A stretch of DNA of 63,885 bases, counting the filler, from Choristocarpus tenellus KU-1152 (Eukaryota; Protista; Phaeophyceae): assembly GCA_964200185.2 (NCBI GenBank). It is 10 parts of 10 records of this genome, joined end to end, with 100 filler letters (N's around TTAATTAATTAA, not from the genome) between each part and the next. Parts side by side here need not be neighbours in the genome. Positions count along the whole stretch, not along the records: positions 48,985 to 51,934 come from CAXNAD020023424.1; positions 52,035 to 55,247 come from CAXNAD020021497.1; positions 55,348 to 58,609 come from CAXNAD020021186.1; positions 58,710 to 61,271 come from CAXNAD020026756.1; 6 more parts are not named here. One strand, written 5' to 3'. Positions 49,181 to 61,371 of the stretch are shown here, piece after piece. The first letter of the stretch is position 1; the number at the start of each line of letters is the position of its first letter. The notes below the pieces were generated by a model. That model ran no database searches and was not told where the DNA came from. It was given only the letters and a program-made list of their open reading frames with translations. The translations under genes were made by a program, and so were the position numbers.

Positions 49181-51828
49181 AGAAGCATATTTTAATGCGT
49201 ACATGTCTTAAAGTGTAAATCATGTTTGTCTGTGGTTATACCGTTATTCCCATATGTTGTATACCCTTACACCGTTTTACCGATTGAGGTTCCTTGTCAA
49301 GCATCTATGATTCCACTGGCGGATCTTCCCTGAGAATGAAACCATGGAATCTCTTCAACAGATCAGTTCCACAGATTTGGGACTGCCCTTCATTCAGAGT
49401 TATCATACATGAAAGATTCACTTTGTTCTCACTTCTTGAGTTTTGGTAATGATCCCCCTCTCTGAAGATGCTCGTCACTCCTTAATTTCTCGGCAATTCC
49501 TTGCAGTCTTGCACTTGTCCAACCTTAACCTTGTACTCTCGGTTACGGTTCGTCTTGGTTCGTCTGGTCCGTCGTGCCCGGTGTTCTTCGTCACCCTTAC
49601 CTGAGTGAACCACACCATCGCAGAATCACACGATTTACAATAAAAGTAGTAGTTCTCCAAATTATATCCTCCAACTAAGTCTATATCTAACCTCAAAACC
49701 AGAAAACGTCTATGAACACATTTGTGTATATATTAATATGTAATGTGAAACCCAGTTATACCTGTTTGACATGCTTATTTTGATGTACTAGGAGTACGTT
49801 ACCAAAACCAGTTTCTACCTACGCACCTTACAAGTAACGCCTCTTAAAACACGCAATTCATGCCTATCCATCTGTCTTTACCTGAAGTTTGTTTCCTAGA
49901 TATGATTTACATCTCGACATCCCTAAACCTCAAGATGGTATTAATGACTTCAATTTGTTACTACTACCAGCTCCCATCCTCGTGCTCGAGCATGCTTGTT
50001 TCAAATATATAAAACCCTGAAAAATAAAACCTTTCCGCCATACTGGCTCCATACAAGTAGGACCCTTTTCATCTGTTGTCATGGGCGTATCATGTAAAAC
50101 CAAGGAATGTCTGCCTTTTCCTGTCACCACCAGGACTATAGAGGTGTTTTTTCTCTTTGCGGATTGCTTCAAGTTGGAGTCTACGTGGTGTTCTACAGAG
50201 GTTCAAAAGTATAAATGTTCAATTGAATGAAATGGGCAGGTCACAAGTGTATTTCTGCTCAAGGAACAAAATTAGAAACGAGCGCAAAACGAAAACTCCT
50301 CTCTTTCCAAGATGTTAGCTTCAATCCTCTGATAATGTAGGGGAGTCGGATCATAACAAATATGTGGGTTGGCCCTCCCTTGCTAAGGAAGCAACGTGTA
50401 TTGAGTGCGATGATGTTTTGTTTTGCTCTCACGAATTCTGGATTTATTAGTTGGCCACTCTTGTATTACATCCACTCCACATATGATCAATTAACACCAT
50501 ACTGCTCACTCCAAACCACGTCATCAACGCCACGCCACGACCTTGATACCACACCAACTATGTAGTCAATTCCTGCGTACATCAACTTCCAAACCAATGT
50601 AACCACCTTCTACATATCCTCTTGCAAACCAATGTGGTCGATTTCTGCATATCCACTCCAAAACCAATGCGACAGAGTTCCGCGAATCCACAATCTCACC
50701 AATCGTCCCAAAAAGTTCCACCTCCATCCATGACACTCCACATTAATGCAAGAACACCACACAAAACATCCAGAACACTGCACCTCCATCCATTCCCATA
50801 CCGTGCCTTTGGACTAGAAAATATCTACCCCATCCGAGCTTGACTGCCTCCCCCCCCCCAACATCCCACTGAGTTGTGAGCAATCGAGAGGGTAGATGGG
50901 TGAGACAGAATACTCAGAGGTTGCCTTGAGCCTACCACCCTAATTCTTCTTCTTCTACTCTTCCTCAGTCTCTGCACCCCCAATTCCACCTGTTTCTATC
51001 ATCTTCCCGACTGCCAAGTCTGCTTTCAAGTCATCTACTCGTTAACGTTTTGTCCACCTTCCCTGCCCTCATTTACTTTGTCAGAACGTCGCCTGATTTG
51101 CTTGTCTACTAGAGCAAATTCATACACTCACAAAATCAGGTTCATAAATTATTGCACGTTAGTGTGAAAGTTCTACCCTTGTGAAATTACTCCGGTTGGT
51201 CAGGTGATTGTCCGATCGTATTTCGACATGAGAATGCCAGAGTGCAAGCCCTGGTTGTAGACTTCAGGTTTTCTTCGGAGGAAATATTACTTTGATAGAC
51301 CATGTGACAAGCACATTGGGTAGATGCACTTGTACCTGTATCCTAATATCTAACACTAAACCACAAAAGGAACGTGTGAAAAGATCTGAATTGTGAAGGC
51401 AAAGATTTATTTGGGGGGGAGGAAGTACGCACCAGGTGAAGGGAGGAGGAAGAACAACAAGTGGTAGGATGACTGAACCCAATGCACAAGAAAAAAACGA
51501 AGCACCCGCAGGGTAGTCCAAAAAGTTGTATTGCAGCAGGTACCTTGTAAAACTAGTGCGGTGTGCACTGCCATCTGACCATCTAGGTAGGGTGGAGGTA
51601 GTGAAGAGGTTCGAGACTACAACAAGCGAGGACACAATAACAACAAATACTGAACATACCATTTTTTCCTTGTAGTTTTGTTTTCTATGTCCTCTCCCAC
51701 TGTTTCGTCTTTTGTTTCTGATCCTTGTTGCCCTTTCTTAAACAGTTTGTATTGCTTCCTTTGGACAACCTTTTCGACCATGGGTCTGGGATCCCTTCGA
51801 GTGATGTGATAAATGGGTCAAAGTATCT

Positions 51829-51864
<36 letters not shown>

Positions 51865-52379
51865 GGGGGAAACAAGTTTTTTTTTTTTTGTATTTTAAAA
51901 ACCACAACGGTCGACAGAGAAAAACCAAAAAAAANNNNNNNNNNNNNNNNNNNNNNNNNNNNNNNNNNNNNNNNNNNNTTAATTAATTAANNNNNNNNNN
52001 NNNNNNNNNNNNNNNNNNNNNNNNNNNNNNNNNNATTCTTTTTCTTTTATATTTGTTTTTTAATTGTTTTTTGTTATTATTATTTTTTTTTTTTGAAAAA
52101 AAAAACAAATGCATTATCTTCTTCTTCGTCTCGTTTTTTTTTGTTAACCACCCACCAAGCGAAACTTTTTTATTGTTGTTCATTTTGTTTTGTTGTTGTT
52201 GTTGTCGTTAATGCAATATTTTCTTTTATTTTCATCTGATTTTTTTTCTACTTCAAAGCATGATTATTATTATTTTATTATTATTATTTATTACTATTTG
52301 TTGTAACTGTCATTTTTTTCTTTAATGATCTTATTATTTTTTCACTATTACTATCAATATCGCTGTTGTTTCTCACAAA

Positions 52380-52410
<31 letters not shown>

Positions 52411-52808
52411 GACACGTATATTTTTCTTGCCCTCACCTTAAACCTGTCAAACATACTTTCATCTTCCCTCTACAAAAATTCACCTTTAGATTTTACTTAC
52501 TCAAGTCCTAACCCTAGCACAAAAAACAGTCTCCGATAAAAAATATATGTTTCAATCACTACAATATATAATGATACGTATTTGTGAACACAAGTATCAG
52601 AGTACATTCAACCTGAATTATCTACCTGGCTTTGCCTCTACTATTGTCATGCTGTAAGCAAGGCAGCTGAGATTACACCACTAATAGATTTGTTGTGGAC
52701 TGAAAGATTCCCCACCAACCTCTTCCCACCCATCCCCAACCCAAGACCATACCTCTCCAAACCCAGCCTTATCACAATGAAAAAGAGGAGGATTTAATCT
52801 TCAGCTTA

Positions 52809-52987
52809 GACTCAAAAGTATCTGGGGGGGGGGGGTGGCGACTGTCCATTTGGGGCCCATTTTTTCATGTCGCCATTTTGTGTGATTTGGTTGCATGCGT
52901 CAGATGGATAATGTAAGTTCACTTCTCCTGGTCAGAACCAGAATGGACACCCTGGTGTAGACCCTCCTCCCCCAGATACTTTGAGGC
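52809..52987. mobile_element. MITE family A, full length
   Basis: GACTCAAAAGTATCTGGGGGG...CCCCAGATACTTTGAGGC. Confidence 0.88.
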
Positions 52988-52995
52988 TTGGCTGT

Positions 52996-53254
52996 GAGTG
53001 AAAGTATCTTAGAAGGTACGAATTTTGCCCTGTATGTCCATTTGGGACTTGGCTTCCCATGTTTTTTTTAATGACATTTTCCTACTCCAATTTTTTTTGG
53101 AGTAGCAAAAATTTATACATTATGAAAAGGTGTGTCCGGAACATGGATATTGACACTTCCTAACAAACACCATAGCCAAAATTACATCGAAATCGCAACA
53201 TTGGATTTTGGCCCCCAAATCGACACGACCCTACCCTCTAAGATACTCTGGCTC
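52996..53254. mobile_element. MITE family B, 3-bp TSD TGT, 8 bp from a family-A copy
   Basis: tgt|GAGTGAAAGTATCTTAGAAGGTA...TACCCTCTAAGATACTCTGGCTC|tgt. Confidence 0.9.
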
Positions 53255-54169
53255 TGTATTGATCCAAAGCAACCAAGAGGTACTGAGGAGTGCGCTATTA
53301 GGATGCTGAAGAGTGTGTGCAAATTTAATTATTTGTTAGGCGTTTTGTGCCAATACATGTAGGGAATTTTCTATATTCTATTAAAAAAAAGTTCAAACAA
53401 TAGAGGAATCAACTCTCTTGAATATATATTTTTTGTACTTCATGCATAGAAAATATGAGTGAATCGCCAAAGATTGTAAAATTGGCTTAGAATGCAAAAC
53501 GGCCAATACATCTCGTTTACTCTGGCTTATTGGGATGTCATCAGGAGCATCTAGCCGATATTGAAGTGTAGATGTGTTTGTGGTGTCTATATGGTGTGTA
53601 GTATGTGGTGATTTGATCCGCCTACAGCTTTTCTCCTCACCCCAAAATAGTAATGTTGTTGATATCGTACTTAGGAGAAAACACACCATTGTTGTACGCA
53701 CTATTCTTATTCTTACTATTATAATAGTATCGAGTTAATAGTATATTAGTTTATATTTTGTTTAAAACACGCCAGTATCAAGCTAATAGTACTATTGATA
53801 TTATTGTTAATTCAGTACCGAGTTCTAATGAGAATAAATTTTAATAATTTTCGTTAAAACAACATCAAGCTGACCGTAGTATTGATATTATTTATATTTT
53901 TACAGAAGGGGTATAAGATATGTGCAATATTCAAGATCCATTCCAGTGTAGTAGTAATACGCATCATTCAATGGGAGACATTTGCCAGGCATCGTCCCCA
54001 ACCCTCTCAATCTTACCATGTCTAGTATAATTGAATTATCCATAATACTATTCTTGGTATTATCAATAGTAGTATTAAATAGAAACATTAATGACACTAT
54101 CAATACAAGTTATATTATCAATATTACCATTCTTGATGTTATCAATATTAGTGATAATACCAATATTAG

Positions 54170-54407
54170 TTATTTAGAGGTTAGAGCTAGGTCCATTTGG
54201 GGGCCAAAATCCAATGTAGCGATTTTGATGTAACTCTAGCGATGGTGTTTGTTAGGAAGTGTTCTGGACAAACCTTTTCATAATGTATACATTTTACCTA
54301 CTCCTAAACAGTTTGGAGTGGTAAAATGTCATAAAAAACCCTATGGGAAGCCAAGCCCCAAACGGAGAAACAGGGCAAAACTTGTACCCTCAAAGATACT
54401 TGCACTC
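54170..54407. mobile_element. MITE family B, left end eroded
   Basis: GTCCATTTGGGGGCCAAAATCCAATG...CAGGGCAAAACTTGTACCCTCAAAGATACTTGCACTC. Confidence 0.82.
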
Positions 54408-54789
54408 TAATATCAATATAATTGTTTCTACTGCTGTTGGTATCGCTCTATTACTTCTGAACTTGCCCATGTTTGGCCCCATATCACCTTCAGGAAACTT
54501 CTGTGAGAAGATTGTAGTACCAATTCTGTTCGTATTTACTGCATTCAGTGATCATGCATCGGAATTGACACCACACTACTCAACTACTCGAGACACAGTA
54601 CTTACCCCTCCCTTACCCCCAGGCCTTCCAATTTTGCACCAAGCTCAGACTCCCTTCTACCCCCACCAAGTATCCAACACCCCACCACCTCCCCTTTATG
54701 GGGTTCCCTCCCACCCTCATTCACATAATTTACATACACGCGCGCACACACACACACACACTCACAGACACACATGTATCTTTCCTCAG

Positions 54790-54935
54790 GCATGCTCAGG
54801 GGCAGTGTCCTGTGTGAGCTTCAACCCACAAGAGTTCCTCCTAGCTGTTGCAACCAGTGAGCGGACCATAAAGATGTATGATGTCGAGTTCATGGAGATA
54901 TTCTGCACTACTGCCCCGGACTCCTCTCCAACCAG
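54790..54935 (+). CDS. KATNB1: Single internal exon of a WD40 protein, katanin p80 subunit B1-like
   Basis: cctcag|ACSGAVSCVSFNPQEFLLAVATSERTIKMYDVEFMEIFCTTAPDSSPTR|gtga resembles the katanin p80 WD repeat H.GPV..VEFHP.EYLLASGSSDRTIRFWDLE.F....PVR. The other exons are outside this contig. Confidence 0.72.
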
Positions 54936-55851
54936 GTGACTTCGAGACTACTTTCTTGACCATCCCAGGTAACACCCACATCGCTCCAAAACAAGGCAAC
55001 ACATTTCGTCAACCCCCTCAACATGTCTCTGGTCCAAGATTGACAAACCACAGACCGATGTAGTTATGATTTGGGAGGGAAAGGTTCGTGACGCTCCACC
55101 TCAATATATTTCTCAATGTACACACGCTTTCCTCTTTGCAGTCTCTCTCTCCCAAACTCTCTCCTCAGTGTCACCTACTCATTGCAAATGATGAGACTAT
55201 TTTCCCAATTTGTTCCAACTCCAGACCCAAAGTATCTGGGAGGGGGGNNNNNNNNNNNNNNNNNNNNNNNNNNNNNNNNNNNNNNNNNNNNTTAATTAAT
55301 TAANNNNNNNNNNNNNNNNNNNNNNNNNNNNNNNNNNNNNNNNNNNNTCCGATAGATTTGGAAGAGTCTAATCGAACACCCCCCCCCAGATACTTTGACC
55401 CAAAAAGTGGAAGGAGTGATTAATCATTGAAGATACGATACAGTCTCGGATTCAATCAATTATACTTCGAAGTACGTAATAATGTCAGTTAAAAACAAGA
55501 TTTATTCCTTGGTAAGGATCAGTGGAATTGTACCTCTGTTTAATCCCTACATGAGTTCGGAACCAGCGCGAGATCATGGAGAAAAACTTTTGAAAAAGAA
55601 AAATGGTCCGACACGATGAAAATTAAGAACCAATATTTTTCATTCGGACCTTCCCTTGAATGTTTAGAATATTCCTCCCTACAGAGATTTTCAAAGCTGA
55701 CAAACATGAAAAACCCCTGTTTTTTCCAAAAAGACCGTGGGTACAACACTACATTTCATTATAAATATAGATAGGGCTAAGCTAGGTTGGAGTCATAGAT
55801 AGGAGGGGAGTGGTGTAGAATAGCTGGTAGTCAAACAGTAAATAGATGATG

Positions 55852-57640
55852 AAAAAATATATTCCCCATTTACGACAACTACTGTTACTTTTTCAACTAA
55901 CTGTTGTTCAGACATTGAATTGACTTTTCATCGGTTTTTCCCCTGACACATCATCTGCAAAATATCAGAGGGAATAACAATGGAATGCATACAACAGCGT
56001 ACATGTTACAGACTTTGGCATATTTATATATATATATTATAGACATTAGATACCCTAACATGGAGAGATTGGTAAGTAGGAAAAACAGGATTTATGGAAG
56101 GGAAGACGACAAAAAGCATCTTGAGGAGTGACTGAAATATTCTGTCCTGAATGTGAAATTATAGCTCCCTTTCTTTCTGCGAAAGCCCTCCTCAACTGAC
56201 ATCTTTCTACCTCTCTCTCTGTGCCATAAGTTTGTGCCGCGAAACATCTGGGCTCGCCGAGTGAGAATGGCGCCGAAACGGACGGTAACCCCACAGAATG
56301 AAATCGGGTTAACAATATCAGCTTTCAGAAATGATGGAGGTCGAGGATCATCAGGTACAAACTCGTGTTATTTCAAGCCGTCAAAGTAGGGGTCTTTTGG
56401 GGTGATTTTGAGATCAGAATTGGACATGTCGAGGGTCAGAACGTCGGCATGGCAACCCCACTATCGACCCCCCCGCGTAGGAAGGGTGCCCAAGCGTCCC
56501 TGAATACCAGGGTTGCGCATGTAGTGCGGCACACCCTCGCGATGTTCCCTGATGAGCAAAAACGGCCGCAACGCGTTGGGCCGGCCCTCGCAGCAGAGTT
56601 TGGAGTGTCCGAGCGTTACATGTGAGGACTCTGCGAGGAAGTCGCCGATCAGCTCGCCCGTGGCCATGTGATTGACCTAGGAGTGGCGGCAAGTAGTGGG
56701 TGGTGTTCAGAGCTCACGCCAACCAAGATGGCCGCAATACATAGTATCAACTACGATAATCGGTCATCCAGAGTGCATCAGGTGACAATGAAGATGGCCG
56801 CCAAGGGGCTGAATTATAGCATGAGCACCATAAACAGGTGGTTGGATGATATGGGGGCCATGCTGAATCACCGCTGGATCAAACCCAAGCTTAAATCGTG
56901 GTAAAAGGTATGGAGAATGGACATTATGTGCGATCAAATGGACCGGAAACGTGGTGTGTACGCCTCCATGGCGATCATAATCCATGTGGATGAAACCTGG
57001 TTTTACGTGATGACTGATAAGGAAAGGGTTGGGGTACTTCTGGATGAGGATGATAGCGACCTTCCAGGGTCCGCTACTGTGCAGCACAAGAGTCATATCC
57101 CCAAAACCATGATCATTGCAGCCAACGCCCTTCCACATGTATTATATTGATGGCATTATAGTTGGGGGATTTGTTCAGAGTTCAGACATCTCTAAACTAC
57201 TTGTATCGTACTCCAGAAGAAATTTAACATCACCACCAAATAGTAAATAATCACACATCTCGCAGCAAGTTGGTCACAAATCTGAAAATCTCACGTTTCC
57301 TTACCCTGGACTGACAAAATTGACAATGAAATATGATGCTATGCATCTATTCTCAAACGGTACAAGTAATTCCAAATGCAGCATCAATATATTTTTATTA
57401 TTATGCCCTCTAACACTTTACAGATGTGTCAGGGGAAAAACCGATGAAAGCCCAATTCAACATCAGAACAACCCCTGAAAAGTAATAGTTGTCGTAAATG
57501 TGAAAGATATTTTTCACTATACTATTATGCCTTCTGACATTTATATATGTGTGTCAGAGGGGAAAAGTCAATTCAGTATCATAAGTACCCCTGCAAAAGT
57601 AACAGTTGTCGTAAATGTGAAAGGTATCTCTCTAATATAT
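55852..57640 (+). mobile_element. Tc1/mariner element (DD39D plant-mariner-like), internally deleted; inverted repeats ~55852-55978 and ~57399-57514
   Basis: Long inverted repeats (catttacgacaactactgttactttt...ttcatcggtttttcccctgacaca versus tgtgtcaggggaaaaaccgatgaa...aaaagtaatagttgtcgtaaatg) flank a transposase remnant. Exact termini and TA TSD were not resolved. Confidence 0.8.
56449..57150 (+). pseudogene. Mariner DD39D-type transposase, N-terminal half, two in-frame stops
   Basis: One frame: HTH-like LAAEFGVSERY, SMSTINRW, WIKPKL, then IIHVDETWFYV...QHKSHIPKTMIIAANA (compare VHIDEKWFY...SKRFIPKVMFLAAVARP). Stops at 56623 and 56902; the second and third catalytic Asp are missing. Confidence 0.85.
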
Positions 57641-57651
57641 TTTTACCATTT

Positions 57652-57910
57652 GAGTGAAAGTATCTTAGAGGGTACGATTTTTGTTCTGTTTGTCCATTTG
57701 GGGCTTGACTTCCCTCGGGGTTTTTATGACATTTTCCTACTCCAAAAAATTTCGGAGTAGGTAAAATGTATACGTTATGAAAAGGTGTGTTTGGAACAAG
57801 GATGTTGACACTTCCTAACAAATACGATAGCCAAAATTACATTGAAATCGAAACACTGGATTTTGGCCCCCAAAATGGACGAGGTTCTACCCTCTAAGAT
57901 ATTTTGGCTC
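57652..57910. mobile_element. MITE family B, 3-bp TSD TTT
   Basis: ttt|GAGTGAAAGTATCTTAGAGGGTA...TACCCTCTAAGATATTTTGGCTC|ttt. Confidence 0.9.
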
Positions 57911-58368
57911 TTTGACTACCAGCTATGCTATACCACCCCCTCCCTATGCCTCCAACCTAGTTTCGCCCTACACCACAAGGCGAGGAGCTTCATCTTAGAA
58001 AAAAAACGCAATCCTCTATACCAACTGCTTCCCTCCTACTCAAATGTCAACATGCTCTGTAGGTGACCATCAATCAACCAATATTCTCGTGAAGAATGAT
58101 GGCAGGTCTAAGGTACAGGAAGCAATCAGTCCACCATGGAATAAGCGGACTGCCAATAGCCAGTATACATCCTTTTCTTTGGCTCAATCTTACACATCCT
58201 GCACTTCTCCTCCAACTACTCCTTGCGCTGACTAGGCTTTTAAATAGGTGCCAACCGCTGTCTGAGCTGATTTCATGGCATCGTTTACCGCTTCCCTATT
58301 GAGTGCTACACCAGCCACACATTCCAGATGGTGATCTAAACCAACCAATTCAGAGGTAGAAACGATTG

Positions 58369-58547
58369 GACCCAAAGTATCTGGGAGGGGGTGGCGGCTG
58401 TCGATTGGGGCCAATTTTTTCATGTAGCGATTTTTGTGTGGTTGGGTTGCATGCGTCGGATGGATAATGTAAGCACACTTCTCCTAGTTACGGTCCAAAT
58501 GGACACCCTAGTGTTGACCCCTTCCCCCCCCCCAGCTACTTTGGGTC
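58369..58547. mobile_element. MITE family A, full length, 3-bp TSD TTG
   Basis: ttg|GACCCAAAGTATCTGGGAGGGG...CCCCAGCTACTTTGGGTC|ttg. Confidence 0.88.
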
Positions 58548-60625
58548 TTGCATTCTAAGGATCCCGCGAAAGGGCAAAAAAATACAATTTTGTACATTTG
58601 GAGAAAGAGNNNNNNNNNNNNNNNNNNNNNNNNNNNNNNNNNNNNNNNNNNNNTTAATTAATTAANNNNNNNNNNNNNNNNNNNNNNNNNNNNNNNNNNN
58701 NNNNNNNNNTTTATTTGCACTATTGTACACAACATAGCTTACAATAAAAACTGCCCCCGAGACAATCCCCCCCCCCCCCCCCCCCCCCCCCCCCCAGGTA
58801 CTTCGATCCTCATTTTATTTTTTAAAACACATGCGAAAGCGTCGTTGGGACATCATTAAACACAAGTAATGTGCTCTCATGTGTATGGTGAGGAGTCAGA
58901 AAGGGCTGTCCCTTTCCTTCTCGCCCTAACTCCTTACAACATTTTTGAAGTAGAGTTCCAAGAAATGTTATGGATGAGGCGGCATTTGAAGTTGACGAAA
59001 TTAGTGCGTCACATGCTGATGGCATGAACAACAGTCCATTCTGTGGGGTATGTTTGGAAGCGTGGAAGTACACTAGGGCTTTATTCAACTGTATCATATA
59101 TATATATATATATTGCATACGGATTGTCTCTGTCGTACTCCTTCCACCTGATGTGAAGGGTTCTCTTTGTAGCAGAACTAGTTTGCAAGGTGAAGGTCAT
59201 GATCAAACGTTTTGATTTGAAATCCCCGTTTGAAAGGAAGGGGCGCTGCAAACTATGACTCTTTTCCCTGCCAATTTCCCGCCTGATTTTGGAGTAGAAG
59301 GGCCAAATGGCATACGTTGATGTTTCTGTTTGGAACTATATGGCGTAGGGAGCACTGATGCTAGCTAGCCTCACCGTTATGGATGTAAGACTTTTAGAAC
59401 GAAAACAATCTGGTGTTTTCTTGACGTGAGGTTGTCGGAGAACTCAGTAGGGGAGGGGAACGCCTTCCCAATTCGTGCAAAGGGCACAGAATGCGTACAT
59501 TATTCTCTGTGCTTGACTTGAAGTAGACTATTTTTGTCGTTATCATACTGACTAACAATAGCGTGTAGACTACGATAGTGAGTGCTGTGAATCGAAACAA
59601 GCAGTGAGCAACAACTTGGATGAGTTTAAGAATCGACTCTTGAATTGCCCACCTACATCCCTAACTCTAATGCGAAATAGCACAGAAGCGAGTCGAACTC
59701 GAGAATTTCACGCCCCAATTGGGATGCCTGACTACTAGCAAGCAGGCTTTTGCCTTGGTCTCAAGGTGATTCGATTGAATTGAACTGAATTGAGTCGATC
59801 AGAAGGGCGGCGAGGTTTGGTGATTCGGAGAGGTGACTTGTACCATGTTCTACAAGGGTGTGAAGGGCATGGTCTATTGGCAGGATGATCCTTTTTCTCA
59901 TATGGGCTGGGGGGCATTTTTGTCGGCAGAACCCCTTGCTCTCCTTCAGGCCCGTTCCCAACCACACTGATTTCATCTTTTCCGATGTTTCCGATAATTC
60001 AATAGGAACGGGATAGGAACACGTGCCTTGAATGTATACATTTGAAAACAGTGTAAAATTTGGAAGAAAAAAAAGATGGCATGAAATTATTGTTGTTAGG
60101 AGTGGGTTCCTCCTACCACTCTTTTTAGATGTTTGTTTAGAAGAAAGCGATGGAGGAAGTCGGACACAGTTGTGTTACCATGTGTGGTGTTGTAACCAAC
60201 AAGGGTTTTATTTATTTATTTATTAAAGGTTCTGAGACTGGTTTTGGTTGTCGTGCCACAATGATAGTAATAGCGTGTGAAATTATTCTGGTCGGGGGAG
60301 TGACAGCTTGTTAGTAGCACGGGTAGACAAAGATGCTCTGATGCTATTATACTGGTAGTATGAGTGTGTGTCAACTGGTGAGTTGACCGCTGACCCCCTC
60401 AACTATTTTTGGTCTGAGGTCTATGAAGCGTGCTGCAGAATGAGGAAATGTGTGTATATACTTTTGGACACGCACCTTTGGGGCAGAATTTCGCAAGAGC
60501 ATACATTTTTTTGTTCTCAAAAATTTAAAACGAAGAATTGAGTGAAGACGTTACTTGAGAAACACATTAACTACCCTTTTCCACAACTCATTTGTCTTCT
60601 GTTCCGTATTTCGTTTTGTTGTTAG

Positions 60626-60713
60626 GTCGGTTGATGCTGGGGGTGCATTACATGCAACTATGGACAACAACGGCCATGCTTGTGCTCACGTGGGCGCTGT
60701 TCTTTGTGTTCAT
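60626..60713 (+). CDS. Possible isolated exon of a membrane protein (DHHC S-acyltransferase N-terminus-like)
   Basis: gttag|(G)RLMLGVHYMQLWTTTAMLVLTWALFFVF|gtgagt: good splice sites, a hydrophobic helix, and a loose resemblance to GRLIFGPD..SL.LT of zDHHC9/ERF2-type enzymes. Confidence 0.3.
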
Positions 60714-61182
60714 GTGAGTCTTGGGTGGTTGGGGGTTGAGAGGAGGGAGAGACTTAGTTTCCACACACTTGTGTGCCTCTGGTGGAGGTCTGGATGTGAA
60801 GAGTAATATTTTGATCTGTCTTGAACAACTTGGACGTCCTTAGAAGAGGTGTGACATTGCTCACTCATTGAATCTACATCAATCTCCTACCACTGCCACA
60901 CCAGTGATGTGATAGGGAGGGTGGTGTCTATTTGATTGTTGTGTTTATGCTTTGTGAAGTAACCTATTAAGTAGACTAGATGGAGGCAGTCAGAACCACC
61001 AGGATACTTCCACTTGGTGTAGACCCAGCCCCTTGACCTATCACACAAGGTTGCGATTATGCTTTCCCCCTTCCCCCAGCCAATGATCTGGCATTTTTCA
61101 AGGTCTTGGTAATGTACACAGGCATACAATATTATTCAAATACGAGTGCTCTGATTCAATTGACAAAGCCTAGGCTATATCC

Positions 61183-61227
<45 letters not shown>

Positions 61228-61371
61228 CCCCCCCCCTCTTCGTTCTCGGGCAGCACGGTCAGGGGGCGGGGNNNNNNNNNNNNNNNNNNNNNNNNNNNNN
61301 NNNNNNNNNNNNNNNTTAATTAATTAANNNNNNNNNNNNNNNNNNNNNNNNNNNNNNNNNNNNNNNNNNNN

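Noticed and set aside
51880-52420. Extremely A/T-rich low-complexity sequence
   Set aside because: It flanks a spacer after a poly-G run, consistent with low-quality read ends and simple repeats.
24340-54935. A cytoskeletal gene cluster (roadblock plus katanin p80)
   Set aside because: The two genes are on different contigs separated by artificial spacers, so there is no evidence of linkage.
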